DNA of 63,994 bases, counting the filler, from Atractiella rhizophila (lineage: Eukaryota): assembly GCA_021432655.1 (NCBI GenBank). It is 13 parts of 11 records of this genome, joined end to end, with 100 filler letters (N's around TTAATTAATTAA, not from the genome) between each part and the next. Parts side by side here need not be neighbours in the genome. Positions count along the whole stretch, not along the records: positions 39,291 to 46,303 come from MU272249.1; positions 46,404 to 48,775 come from MU272250.1; positions 48,876 to 50,617 come from MU272250.1; positions 50,718 to 57,716 come from MU272251.1; 9 more parts are not named here. One strand, written 5' to 3'. Positions 39,931 to 52,998 of the stretch are shown here, piece by piece. The position numbers and the translations under genes were made by a program. The notes beneath the pieces are model-generated. The model had not been told where the DNA came from, did not search any database, and worked only from the letters and a program-made list of their open reading frames with translations. How positions within the stretch are numbered: position 1 is the first letter of the stretch; every line of letters starts with the position of its first letter.

Positions 39931-40935
39931 AGGACCTTGGAGAATGATGACTCACTATAAGATGTAAGCTCCAATGAATATGTGGAACATTTCAAGAATG
40001 TGCCTACCTGTTTTCTTGGATCAGACCGACAGCTGTAAGTCTTCCTCGTGCTTCAAACATTCTAGAGAAACGATCCCACTAGATTCTTAAAAAAACAAAC
40101 TCCATAACCCACACTAATAGCAATATAAACCGTTCATTAAAATACCCTCTAGGTCATATGCCTTTCTCCTCCTCATGTAAAGTGCCCGTCAGCTACCCGA
40201 AGGGAGTGGGAGAATGGAGGCGCATTGGGAAGGATGAGCGGACCGTTCGTGGGGAGGGCGTGCGCGGCTCTAATTGAACTGGAACATTGGTGTAGGGCTA
40301 TGATCATGATGAGATTGGGTGGAATCAGATGGATATGGAGACATTGACCATGTCCCGCATTTGGTCGGAACCTTCGAGATAAGTGGGAAATAATTTTTTC
40401 ACGAAATTCGCCTTCGTTCCTTCCCCATTCAACTTGTCTCCTCTAACACCAGCTTCACTCCAATAAGTAACCCTTCCACGAATGCCGACCGGTCCCGATA
40501 TCCGCCCCTAACCCTTCTCCCTCTCACCACCCCTCAATTTACTCGTGCCATTCCGCTCACACTCCATCGGCCGCTCCCCTAAAGAAGAACCTCCCTTCCA
40601 CCAATCTGACACCAGCGGCCAACCATCCACAAGCCGAAATCCGACACCACAATATCCAAATCGAATCACCACAACATTAGGCGGAAGTCCACACCGCTAC
40701 AAATCCAACAAATACAAAAAAATAAACAGTTTTAACGGCCGATAACGTGGACGCCGAAATCTGCCTCAAATGCTCCTTACAGTAGCCCAAAATCTCCGTT
40801 CCGTAAGCCACGACCTTGCTATAAAAGACCGTATAACCCCCACACAAGGGGTCCCGCGCACCAACCATTCGCGACGACGAAAAAAGAGGTATAGACATTG
40901 GGATTGGGACGTTCGAGAGCGTGTCGATAGACGAA

Positions 40936-41861
40936 ATGATGCTTTCAGAACCTCCAGGAGATTCAGGGTTCCAGAACCTGACGGACGCCACCAGTAAGTA
41001 TCAGCGAGTACGCATGTCCTTTTGTCGAGTGCCCCTGCGTTCTGAGTTCCTCCTTGTAGATTGGGCAGGCATATCTCGGTTCGTCGTTCTTTAGACTTCT
41101 GAAATATTCGGTCTGAGCGTTAGAGCATAGACCAGATAACGCCTTACACCATCTACCGTTGGATTGGCACTGGGACCCTCCTACTTCTCTTTATGGCCCG
41201 GGTTCTGCTCGCACAAGGATGGTATATCGTGTGCTACGTCCTTGGAATTGTGCGTCCCTGCATTTGACTAACCGCTCCCAGCTGACGACTCCTGAAAAGC
41301 ATCTCCTTAACCTCTTCCTTGCGTTTCTCCAACCAAAATTTGATTCATCGCTCGAAATTGACATTGCCGAGCCCGGACTTGAAGATGGAGCACCGACCCT
41401 CCCAACGTCTTCACAGATCGACCAAGATGACGAGTTCAGACCGTTCATGAGGAGATTACCTGAGTTCAAGTTTTGGTTTTCGGCCACACAAGCTATCTTC
41501 ATTTCCATGGTTGCCTCCTTCTTTAAGAGTACGTCCCTCTCTTTGCTTAGTGTGTTGGACTAACCCATCCTCAGTCCTTAATATATCTGTATTTTGGCCT
41601 ATTCTACTATGTGCGTCAATTTGATGAAGAGCATCACCGGCACTGATGGCCCTTGGACAGTTTATTTCTGTATTATGTTTGCAATTGAGATGAGAGCGCG
41701 GATTGCGCATATGAGGAAATATAGGTCAAACCTCCATCACACTTCAAAACTGAGCTGATCAAGGATGTAATAGGTATCTCCCTTGGGATATTGGGCGGAG
41801 AGGACGGTTTGTCTCGAACTCTGTCATGACGTCTTTGACTGATTCTCTTTTCCATAGATAA
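40936..41861 (+). CDS. RER1: Golgi-to-ER retrieval receptor Rer1
   Basis: TPYTIYRW, QGWYIVCYVLGI|HLLNLFLAFLQPKFD, DDEFRPFMRRLPEFKFW, VFWPILL, IAHMRKYR|YLPWDIG. Confidence 0.95.
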
Positions 41862-43499
41862 GCCGATAGAACGTTGGTTTATACGAAGTTTTTCCATGAT
41901 ACTCTGCATAATGACCTTTCTAATGAACACCAATGTCTCGTCAGCGACTGGTTTCAAGTCGGGCTGAGCGGCGCGTAACCACAGACCCCCTGTCTGTGTT
42001 AATGAAGATTTTAGCCTTGAATTGCCCAATGCTGAGTGTGCCTTGAAAGCTCCATTGAACCTGGAACACGGATCACAGTGGATGTAGAACATCATCAAAC
42101 AATAGAACTGAACCACCAGGCCCTATCTCTTCCCAACTTACGAAAGACTTCTGCGACCCTTCTTCCTCTGCACAGTTTCCCTCCAACTAAGAGGCAAGCA
42201 TTGTTCTCTTTCGCCCTAATCTCTTCTCCCAACAATGCTCACGACTCCGTCCCAGCCGCTTGGCTTTCCGTCGATATGATACCCTTCGCCGTCGCCTTCC
42301 TCTACACATGGTTGATACTCCTCCAATGGTCCTTAATCCGTCTCACACAGAATGCCAACATTGCTGGTCCACCTGTTGGGGCAGTGTGAGACTCTACTGC
42401 AAAAAGTGAGTTCCTTTAGCTCGACTAGAGCATAGAGTGAGAACTAAGAGGCTCAATCAATAGAATGAGAGCTTAAACAAAAAGGAGAGAAAGGAACCAG
42501 CTTATGCTAGCCGCAGTGAAGTGTCGGGCCGCTTATCAAGCTATCTGGTCTCAGAACAAAGAGAATCGATATTACAGTGGCGCTTCTAAGGCCCGGGGAA
42601 CTTACCTCAACGCTTACCGCACTTTCTGCTGTGAGGGCGAAGTAAGATGATGAGGAATAAGATGAATTTTACATGAACAAGTGAGCCACTTTTATGGGCC
42701 AATGTACGGATAAAAGATCAGACAAAATTGCGGGAAAACCCATAATACATGAGTAGATAGAAACATGGAATGATCAAAGAGCACGGAATGAAGAGGAAGC
42801 TGAAGGGAATCAAACGAGTCTCACCAGGGAATCGACGAATCTCGCCTTCTAGCTTCTGGATAAGGCTAAGATATCATGCAGTTATCTTTCCCTCTTCTAC
42901 TGATTGATCGTACGCGCTTGGAGCTGACAGGCAAAGTGTAGAAAGACGGGGGAGTTATGAGGTATTCAGTCAACAGGACTTCCAAGTTAGGCAGGGGCCC
43001 CTTCCAGAATAGGAAGGTATTGCCACATTTGAGCCAGTTGACCATTGTATCTCATAGATGCTCGGGCTGGTGTCACAGTCAATGTGTCTATCTCGAAGTC
43101 GACTTGTTTCCATCGTGGAGGAAGAGGCAGCCCCAGTAATTATCGCGTAGACGGCGCAGTTCAGGCGTTGCTTCAAGAGAAGAAGACCTTTGTAACAGGT
43201 GCCTCTCGCCAGGGTCCACTGCCCATCCACTGTCATAATATTAAATTGCCTCATCTCACCGGAGGTGTCGAAGAACAAGATTTCGAACTGATCCCTTAAC
43301 ACCGCGTTTGATTGGATCATCAACGCTGGTGGCTTCAGGGGCTTCAAACCCCTCTGCAGAAAACTTGCCCTTGTGATCTTGAAATTTGCGTGCCTGATCC
43401 TCATCACCATCGTTCTGCTTCATGCCATAGGCGCCATCGTTTCCATCAAAGCAAAATGGATATTCGCTCCTGTCCGCGCTGTCGACTGGATCCCTGCCA

Positions 43500-44100
43500 C
43501 CGTTTTTGATCTGGTGTCTCCATCGAATAAAAGAAGTCAGATGGTTCTGTTGAGCGCTTCAAGGCCAGATTTGTCCTCAAGGGGTTTCTCAACACCCTGG
43601 ATTCAACTACTTTGATACTTTCGCCTCTACAGTCAAATGGGCAACACTTAGGACATTTCTCTTCCTCGCTTGTGTCTTGGACATGGAGCTAGAGTCAGTG
43701 TACATCTCTATGGCATTCCTTAATGGCGATATAGACGCAGAAGTATATGCACAACAACCAGAAGGTCATCCACAGGGTCCTCCAGAGTATGTTCTCAAGT
43801 TAATCAAGCCCATCTATGGCACAAGGCAAGAGTATGTCAATTGCAGCAGAAACTCGATAAGGAACTTGTCGATATAGGATGTAAAAAGATCAAGAGCGAC
43901 TCCAGTCTGTGGATTTACTCAAACGGGGACACCAAAGTACTTGTCCCATTCCTTTTGGATGATATTATGATCACTAGCACATCTAAAGGTGCTATGGAGG
44001 ACTTCAAGAGCTAGGGAAGCGATTCAAGCTCAGGGACATTGGATCAACGGAATTCCTACCTGGGGTTCGTGTTAGGAGGGATATGAAGCGAAGAATGATG
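43500..44100 (+). mobile_element. Degenerate Ty1/copia reverse transcriptase fragment
   Basis: DGSVERFKARFVLKGF, TFASTVKWATLR, AFLNGDIDAEVYAQQPEG, LKLIKPIYG, LLDDI, RFKLRDIG, with frameshifts. Confidence 0.9.
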
Positions 44101-45149
44101 GATGATCCACGGTTCCAACACGGAAGCTGCTGCAATTGCTCAGATGTTTCCAACTGCAATGATCCTTTTGTTACTGGAACCTCCTCAAAAGTCTGATTGC
44201 ACAATCAAAGGACAAGATCAAGCCACTCCAAAAAGGAAGAACCAAGCACTAACTTAAGGCCAGGAGAGGAGGTGGAGCCAGGTGGAGCGCAGTTTTGGAC
44301 CGGTTCTTACCCTTGACATAGCCATAAATCGTTATCGCCTGAATGACGGACATAAAACGAGTTAGAATGAAAATCATATTCCAGAAAAGAGCAAAGCAAA
44401 GAAGTAAATGTACAGAGATAACACATTCTACCATTCCTCTATACTTTCACCACTGTCCGACCAATCATCGTGCATTTTGAAGCTTGAAAGTATGCCCGTT
44501 ATCTCCTCATCCACTGCTTCCTCAATCGCTGGTATCACAATCTCATTCCAATTCCGGTGCATTCCAGGGTGGTCCCAGTTGATCAGCCACCTTGCGATGA
44601 TCACTGTAAGTTTCTTGTGCTGTTCCCTGAGATCTCCCTCAATCTCTTCTAATTCTCTACAATCATCCCTCCAGAGGGAGGTTCTGCTTATGTCTGGAAG
44701 CAGTCAATGGGAAGATGTGAGTTGATGCTACTACACTGATTACTCTTACTTACGTCGTGATAGTCCGTCAATGCTTGACTCTCCCTGGGACTGGGCATCG
44801 AGAGTTCCCATCCTCTCTCGTGAAGGAAGGATGCTGATCAGGATCTTGAGGGGGAGTGCGCTAGGAGAGTGACCAACTGCCCCCAGAGTGTGATGACTGG
44901 GAGGGCCATTTTCCACTGAGAAGTCGAATGCTACACGCTTGCCAGGCTGTGCGTCTCAGCCTGAGGGGTGGTCAACTCTCGATGGCTTGTCGGCATCTCT
45001 CCCAGGCAGTGAGCTGGACACTTCGGTCCCTTTGGAGACTGTAACTGGAGGAGGAGAGGACATGCTCGACAATTTGGAAGCCTCTAGCTTCTCGCACTTG
45101 CTCACACTGACCAGAGATTTGTCAGGCTTGCCCCTATGCATTACCGAAA

Positions 45150-45566
45150 CGCACCATTTGAAATCACGTGACCTACTTTCACCACGTCATAGGATCACGT
45201 GCCTGCCCATCGCCGCTTTGCTCACGTTCGCGCTGATCGACGCCTTCCCTATCTCACACAAATCGCCGCTCAGCAAACCTTACACGTTTCGCCGGTCTGC
45301 GCCGTCTCCATTATTGCTTTATTGTCCTTTCTTACTTGTACTGCTCAGTGTGACTTATTTCCGAGTATTCCCTTTATTGCTTTCCTGATCTAGCTATCTT
45401 ATATGTTTCAAGAAACGTATGTTACAGTTTATGGCAGTGCCCTTACTTATGTATATATACATCGAGATGTAGTGGTGGCGACCTCAGAGTATTCTCGTAG
45501 GTTTACCTCCACTACAGGTTAGTCTCCTCTTGCCATAGTATTCACTTAGGTTTACCTCCACTACAG
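45150..45566 (+). repeat. Possible solo LTR / LTR U5 remnant with internal direct and inverted repeats
   Basis: TATA-rich segment, 20-nt direct repeat TAGGTTTACCTCCACTACAG (45498-45517, 45547-45566), inverted partner TGTAGTGG at 45468; lies between copia fragments; no TSD found. Confidence 0.4.
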
Positions 45567-46169
45567 ACGCATCGCCTATCGGCGACCGCACATAGTGTCA
45601 GCCCTAACAAGATTCTGCACTCAAGCATAGGAGTTTGAGCTGCATAGACGACTCTTTCATTGCCTTGGAGAGGGCGGTGACAACTGTTGAGAAGTTCTTA
45701 AGAGCCTCGTGGAAGTTGTCGCCGGGAGCACCTTCAGCCAGCAGTGACGCCACAGTGGCGGCATCTCTCGCCGCATCCTAGGTGAGCTCCGAGACTGCCC
45801 TCATTGATTGGGATGCCACCTGGCAATCTGGCTGGAAGAATCCTATCTTCTGAACACAGAAGTCGCTCGCCTCCTTGTTTCTCACTATCTCTTCATCTCT
45901 CTGTCTAAGCTCATTGTCCTTCTTGGAATCTATGTGTGTTTATCCTCCTTCTGCTCCTTTGCATTGGAGATCCGGTTTATTTACGATCGTTTCCATGTTA
46001 TCCTATACTCTTTTTGCTAACAACACGGGTGCTAAGTGACCATTTATTTTTTATCGTTCTCCTTCAATACTCCACGGAGCAGTATGTTATCGGCTATCGT
46101 TCTTGCTGATCCGCTCCCTCTACAGATAGGGATCTAACATTGAAAATGCCCTCCGTACATTAGCACCTG

Positions 46170-46303
46170 CTCCCAGTCTTTGTGGACGATATAACGATTG
46201 CTAGCACATCCAGAAGCGCTGTGGAGGAGTTCAAGAAGGAGTTAAGCAAGAGATTCAAGCTGAGGGACCTTGGAGCGACGGAATTTTTGCTTGGAGTGAG
46301 GAT
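46170..46303 (+). mobile_element. Second Ty1/copia RT fragment
   Basis: PVFVDDITIASTSRSAVEEFKKELSKRFKLRDLGATEFLLGVR, homologous to 43945-44075. Confidence 0.85.
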
Positions 46304-46403
46304 NNNNNNNNNNNNNNNNNNNNNNNNNNNNNNNNNNNNNNNNNNNNTTAATTAATTAANNNNNNNNNNNNNNNNNNNNNNNNNNNNNNNNNNNNNNNNN
46401 NNN

Positions 46404-46661
46404 CGATTACAGAAGTACGACCATCGCAGCCTACAGTTAGGCATTCCAGGTCATTTGAGCAAGAGCTATGTAGAGGAATGGATTCGAGGAATTGAGGATG
46501 TGACATGGAGAGCGACTGGATTGAAGAAAGTACTGGATGAGAACCCGGACGCGACGGAAGATGAACTGAGGGCTAGCGGTTAGTTGCCAGAAGAAAAAGT
46601 GTATAAAGTGCCAAAGGATATTGTGGCAAGACTCGAGATGTTTACTGAAGTAAAACTCTAG
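46404..46661 (+). pseudogene. DUF4291-family C-terminus with in-frame TAG
   Basis: RSLQLGIPGHLSKSYVEEWIRGIEDVT..LKKVLDE..G*LPEEKVYKVP; TAG at 46581-46583. Confidence 0.6.
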
Positions 46662-47495
46662 ATATTGAGATGGAGAAGGAAGTGTACAGATAATATTTAG
46701 AATACAGAAATGGCGCTGGGTTCTCATTTGATACAGATCTATGTTTTGTCTTACATAAGGTAACTCAATGATACACATCACCGCTAAATGGCTCTCTAAC
46801 GCCATCAGAGGTCACGAGCTAATCAAAGCATAAACCGTCGACTCTCACATTATCTTACTTGTCCTACAGCTCACTTCTTGTAGGAGGAAGAAGGCAGCAT
46901 TTGAAAGCTCATGAATCTAAACCTTCTCCCCATAAGCAAACAGGACTGACAGCAAAAGCTTGCGAAGAATGTTGAACATTGCGATTGTTGAATCCGAACA
47001 AAAGCTCAGAGACATTCTCTTGCTTTCTCTTCAGCTCTAGATTGCATCGAAAGCCACCATTTACTGTTCTTACAAAGCGTTCACACACGTCGTTCCTCAT
47101 CGTTTCTACCACAAGTAGTGATGATAGATCATTAGGAAGGTCCCTCACTCTAGAAGAACAGGATCTGAGCAGTTTCTCCTCCCCTAGCGATGCATAAATA
47201 AGTGAAAAAACTGACAGTGCAGCTTTATTCCTAAACTCTCCCCCATCCTTCCCTATACCATCACGCTCATTGGCCAGGCCGCGCTCGTGACTCAGGTCTC
47301 TCTCATACCTTCCATGCTGTCGTACACAAAGAAACCATCAATAAAACCTCAATCTCTGATCAAAGCGGTTGTTGTGGCATTGATCGGTCAACATCGGGTA
47401 TACTCGATACCTTCCCTTGATTGATCGATCACTGCACCACCGTGACAAAATTGAGCGAGCATCAAGCCATATCAATATCAAAGGATCGACCCAGA

Positions 47496-48775
47496 ATGTC
47501 CATCGAGCTCTCCTCCAGCACACTCGGCTCTCGAATCCTCTCCTGTTCAGACGAGTTCTTCGCTCCAGCCTCCTCCCTTCTGCTTCCTCATGTTTGTCCT
47601 TCCTCCTCAGCCTCTACAGTATTTATAATTGTGCTATTGCGTTTGATGATCAGGACCCGAAGAGTCTCAAAGGTCAGTACGGACCTAATGGCGCTCTATA
47701 CGATGGATGGGAGACTCGTCGACATAACCCGACATTCGATTGGTGCGTTTTTAAACACTCATTGCTTTTTCAATCTTCCTTTGTTCTTTGAGGAAGATCT
47801 TGCTAATCACAAGTAGCTGAGATCCCTAAACATGGATTTTCTCTTCATGCATATGCGCATTTGTGACTGAGGCGTAGAGCATTCTTGGTTGTACTTGCAG
47901 AACCATGCATCAACTTACGCTGATGCGCTTTAGAAATGGAGAATAATGTGCCATAGAGTCGCACAACATGATACGGTCACTGTTTCGATGCAACGCCAGA
48001 ATCCAGTACAGTCAGAGCATTGAGATACCCCCTGTTTTGAATGTCGTCCATGCTTCATTCAACTGTATTACTTTCTTCTTTGCTTAGCCACCTACTGATG
48101 TCCCTCGACCTCACTCACTATTCAGGGCTATTATCAAACTGGCATGTTTGGGACGAATCGAAAAATTTGTGCTAGACACCACACACTTTAGTGGCAACGA
48201 AGCACCAGCAGCAGACGTGTGGGGGCTACGCATCTCTGACGAAGAAGTAGAAAGAGAAGATGTGAGAGAGAACGATCAGCGGGTGGGTCTATTTTGTCCG
48301 TCATTCCGATTGAAATCTTTGCTCTTGTAGTGGACACAGCTCCTCCAACGATCCCCACTAGGTCCGTCAGCCGTACACAACTTCCAAATCTCTCCCTCGG
48401 AGCCAGTAAATCGTCTTAAAGGCATGCACTTCCTTCCTTCTTTCTCCTCCTACCTCATATCTGGTTCATCAGTACTCATGATCCCTGACGGTGGTCTTTC
48501 CCGCCTGCGAGCCATCGGCAGAGTGATCCCTCCGGCTTTCCAGCCAGGATGGAAGGGAGAGCTCGCAAGCGTTTTACTTGGCGCGACAATTGTGGAAGAG
48601 AGCGATAGACACTTTGGAGCTGGAGAAAACATCTTAAAACCCGGAAGGGGGTTTGACGTCCGTTTTTTTTGCTGCGCAGTGGATGAAAATTGAAGTTAAT
48701 ATCGTCCATTGGTGTTAGATGAGCGATGGATGGGAGACGAGGAGGAGCAGAGTGGTGGGGAAGAAGGATTGGGTC
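47496..48775 (+). CDS. DAL2: Allantoicase, 3' truncated (true start may be upstream)
   Basis: [72 protein letters not shown]. Confidence 0.95.
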
Positions 48776-49801
48776 NNNNNNNNNNNNNNNNNNNNNNNNN
48801 NNNNNNNNNNNNNNNNNNNTTAATTAATTAANNNNNNNNNNNNNNNNNNNNNNNNNNNNNNNNNNNNNNNNNNNNCACCACCAAAACAATGTGATGATGA
48901 ACCGATAGCGAAGGAAACAATATTGGAGTGCAAGAGCAAAGTGTAACGTGGGTTAGCAACGTAAGATGGGTTTGGAGGTGCCGAGAGCATTCTACACCAC
49001 AGCTGCTCGTAAGACACAGGACAAGCTGTCGGCGTGAATGAACTCCACATATTATATCCTCACCCCCATCGACGGTCCCGGTGGACAGACAAAGGGCAAA
49101 TCACCAAATCCCTAGCATGAAAACGCCGTGACTCCGCGAGCATGAAAAGTTGGCACCAAACCGGAAACATGTGTTTCCTTCCTTTGCGTGAGTACCCCAT
49201 CTATCACTTGTGATAGCGTGCCCAGTGTCCATCGCAAGACACTCCAAAATTCTATGCCAATCATTGTTACTCCCTCGAGCTTGAAGAGCATCGTCTAACA
49301 CCTGTCACCAGACATCGATGGGAGAGTGCCTCAAAATCAAAGCATCATGACGGCTGACTTGAGCCCTTTGTCATAATTCGCGCAGCGCCGACAACAACAG
49401 AATCAACTTGTCAAATTGCAGACAATAGAGAGAGGCACTTGGAGATACTATGATCGTGTCGAGTTCGTGCCAAGCATAAAAGGAGGCAGGCAGCTCTGGC
49501 GCAGATTAGCACCGTCAACACGTAGGACATAAAACCACAGTCCTCTCGCAACTACAGGAAGTCTAGAGCTAAATTATTTTCAGGATAACGTACATGTCTC
49601 TTTGTAGGCCTACGGTTCCGCTCCAAAAACATAATGCTCATAGCCTTATGGCAATTACACCCTCATCTCGTTTACGCGTCTAACCAGTCTAATCGTTTGG
49701 TGAGCGGCCTGCAGATGCCTGCTTAATCTGCTTCAAGTTAAGCCGTTTTTCAAGTTTGTCACGCCTTTTGAAATTGAGTCACAAGGCAACTGTACGCAAA
49801 C

Positions 49802-50617
49802 TGTTGTTGTTGTTGTTGTTGTTGTGATCATATTTCAGAGCGTACAGACTGTAGTCAACGGAGCTCTACATTTGGGGAACAGATCAAATTAAGTAAAAAA
49901 AAAAGGTGACTTGTGAGCAAAGTACGTCGGTGGGAGTGATATGCAATGTATGGTGACGAGAAGAGATGTGAAAGTAAGAATTATAATGAATCCCCAGCAC
50001 CCCTTGCAAGGAATATGACCGTTAAGCAGGATGACCATGAGAGGGATTCTACGTCGCGATGGCTAAGTGAAAGTTTTTAAGTTATTCTTGGAGGAGACTT
50101 ATCTTAGAGGTGGTTAGTCCTCCCAGTCTTCCCTTTTATCCTCTTCCTTTCCGCCTCCTGACTTCTTTCTCTCCTCCTTTCTCCTGTCTAACACCCTTTG
50201 TGCCCTCTTGATCCATAAGTTGAACTTGCCGCTCCTCCTAATGAATTCCCATACCGCTTGGATCGCTTCCGGCTTGCTTAAGAGGTCGCTGAGAGATCTA
50301 AACCGGATGTCCTTCTTCCGTAACCTGATCTTTAGCTTCCTCCTTTCTTCGTCATATTCTTCGCATTCGAAGAAGAAGTGGGAAACAGTATCACGCATGC
50401 CACACTGGTTGCAGCCTGGGTCCTCTTTGATCCCGATTCTGTGTAGGTAGTCGTTCACAGAGATGTGCCCGGATCGGAGCTGGACAAAGATGGATGCTTG
50501 AGCCCTGGGCATCGATGCTAGCATCTCGAATGTCTCTTCTGGCGACAATGCACGTGAGAGGGAGCGATGGTGCTTCCCCGAGGAGGATGTAGCGTTGGTG
50601 TATCTTTGGGTGAACAT
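49802..50617 (-). mobile_element. 3' end of Tad1-like non-LTR (LINE) retrotransposon
   Basis: ORF2 C-terminus VQLRSGH..YLHRIG..CNQCG..TVSHFFFEC (CCHC), stop at 50114, ~290-nt 3' UTR, (ACA)8 tail at 49825-49802. Confidence 0.88.
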
Positions 50618-50717
50618 NNNNNNNNNNNNNNNNNNNNNNNNNNNNNNNNNNNNNNNNNNNNTTAATTAATTAANNNNNNNNNNNNNNNNNNNNNNNNNNN
50701 NNNNNNNNNNNNNNNNN

Positions 50718-51793
50718 CCTTCTGGATCAAATGCTCGAAAGCATCTCGTTCCGCGACCGACTGGGACGTTATGTCGGTACGTGAACGGTGTCGAAACGTA
50801 AAACTGTCTAGCTTCTCCACCCGTCATTCCGACTGAAACAGTAAAGAGAGGTGCATTCGGGCTGAGCTTCAACACTTCTCGAGCGCGGTCGGACGCTTGA
50901 CCGTTTGGGGTTAGGACGAAGGTCACGTCGTGTCCACGAGCCTCTCGGTTGGCGTTCGTATATCTCCAGAAGAACTTTTGAAGATAGGGATTCTTTGAGT
51001 AATCAAAAGAATGCGTAACTAGAAAGCCAGCTCGTGAGTGGCAGATCAATCTCGCGTGATGACCTCGCACGTAAAACGAGAAAACACGCGTTCGTTGTTG
51101 ACTCGATAGCACCATCGTGCTGTAGATGATGATCTGCCCGCGCGTCTTCTGTCCTGTCTGGCTGTCCGTCTCTACAATGCCTCTGGTGCGAGTGCCCGGG
51201 TCGACTGTGTCTTCTAAAGGATCGCTTTCCTTTTTTATTTTGAATTCCCCAAACAATTCTGCCCGTGTCATGTCGGCCTTGTAGCCCTTGGTACCCTCAT
51301 CGCTCTGCTCGATTTCACATGACGAATGGTAAAGAGTGACATCCGGTTTACCACGATCAGACCCAAACACTGGCGCAAAGCACCGGCCATCGTTGGACTG
51401 GCTCGTATTCGCTAGTTTCCAATCCCCCACGAATGAAGACATATACTCGATCTAAGAACAATGCACATAAATATGGAGCCGTGGTAACGGAAGAGCACTC
51501 ACAAAAGGGTTATAATGCTCGAAATTCTCATTGTCGGAGAGGGTTGGAGGGACCGTCGGTTCGGGCATGACAGGACCAGGCGGCAATAAGTCCAAGAACG
51601 CCTCGACATCCATGTAGACAAAGCGTCCTTTCATTTCTTGAGCGGCAGAAAGTTTCGCTTCATCCGCCCCTTCGTTCTGCGAAGCTTGGCTGTGACAGCT
51701 GGAGCGACTGGTGGTACGTCGCGGCGTTACTTTCAGTTGATTCGAAGTCGGCGCGAGACTCGATTGTGGAGGAGTGGGAGCTCGAGAGCTCAT
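50718..51793 (-). CDS. Fungal-specific FunK1 (Pkinase_fungal) kinase, 5' part
   Basis: KPDV, EFK..DP, RGQIIIYS...QQRTRVFS...ARLICHSRAG..T..FDY, LQKFFWRY..RGHD, VGRGTRCF. Confidence 0.85.
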
Positions 51794-52389
51794 TGTTGTG
51801 AATCTTGTGGTGGGAGGACAAAACTGATGACAACAAATCTCATTAAAACCCTTCACTCCCTCTTCCCTTCGGACTAGATGACTACTTACAAGTGTTTGGG
51901 GAAAATGAAGATTGGTTCGATCCCTTGGGAGTGATGAACCTCAACAACTTCCGTGCCGTCAGGTACGGTCAAAGCTCGTGTGTACGCAATGGTGAGCGGA
52001 AGCAGTGATTGATGGGACAAAGAAATCGAAAATATCGATGCAGGAATGATGCTGAACCCCTGAAGCTCTGAAGCAAAGGGAAGAAGGGGCTGGCTCGGCG
52101 CAAACAGGTTCCGTATCGAACTTCAGTGAAGTCCATGGTGCGGACCGCCTAGTCCCAACCAAAGTGTCCAACCATGACTCATCATGACTTACATGTTCCA
52201 ATTTTTTTTAAGCCTAATTTTTCCCCTTCCTTCTCGCAAATCCTTCTCACAAGCCGAGTGCGGACCTGCAAGAGTTTGATATTCTTAGAAGCACAAATGT
52301 ATGTACATATGCATTATTAATTTGGCAAAGAACAAGAAGGCAGTATGATTCAAATGAAAGAAATATCCCCAGTTGAAGCTCATGCCCCC

Positions 52390-52998
52390 GGAATTCTTTG
52401 ATGTGAGGCATACTCCTTTACCTGGTCCAGCATCAATAACATTCTTCCCCTCCTTGTAAGCTCTGACCCAGCAATGAGAGTGATGCTCAAACTTTCTGAT
52501 TGTGGAGAGCTTGATAGACTTCAGGCTTCCGGAACTGTATGTCATAATCCTTGAAAGTGTAATCACAGTTTGCTGGAAACAGCTTCAGCATCAATCAACC
52601 ACAAAGAGCACAATGTGCTTACCACGTGTATATCGCTTTGCACGGCCCCATACAAACTCAATACAATTGATTTCCAGTGAAATTTTGGTAGGAAGATGGC
52701 ATGATGCCCTTCATGCTCAAGCAACTCCTGCAATTGAGGTTTCTGTTCAAGAAAATCAGATTGTGAGCCCAACAATCTCTCTGTGACAGCTTCAGATTTC
52801 TTCTTCAAACTGTGATAAGCAAAACTTACCTGGACAGCACATGTTGTCATCAGTGTGATCCACATCGTGCTTGCATTTTGCCCGTCCTGGACCTTGCTCC
52901 TGCAATACAGCTATCATCCCTTTTGAGACTCCTTGTACATCCATCATTGGTTGAGGTACCCTTTATACCATCCTTACACCACCACCCATCATGCCCTA
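52390..52998 (-). mobile_element. Degenerate IS630/Tc1/mariner-like transposase fragment
   Basis: KGMIAVLQEQG, RLLGSQSDFLEQKPQLQELLEHEGHHAIFLPKFH..NCIEFVWGRAKRYTR; frameshifts; CpG-poor. Confidence 0.8.

Noticed and set aside
47743..48125. Stwintron (nested spliceosomal twin intron) explanation for the long introns
   Set aside because: Removing the proximal short intron does not rebuild a canonical donor in allantoicase, LYS1 or SHMT.
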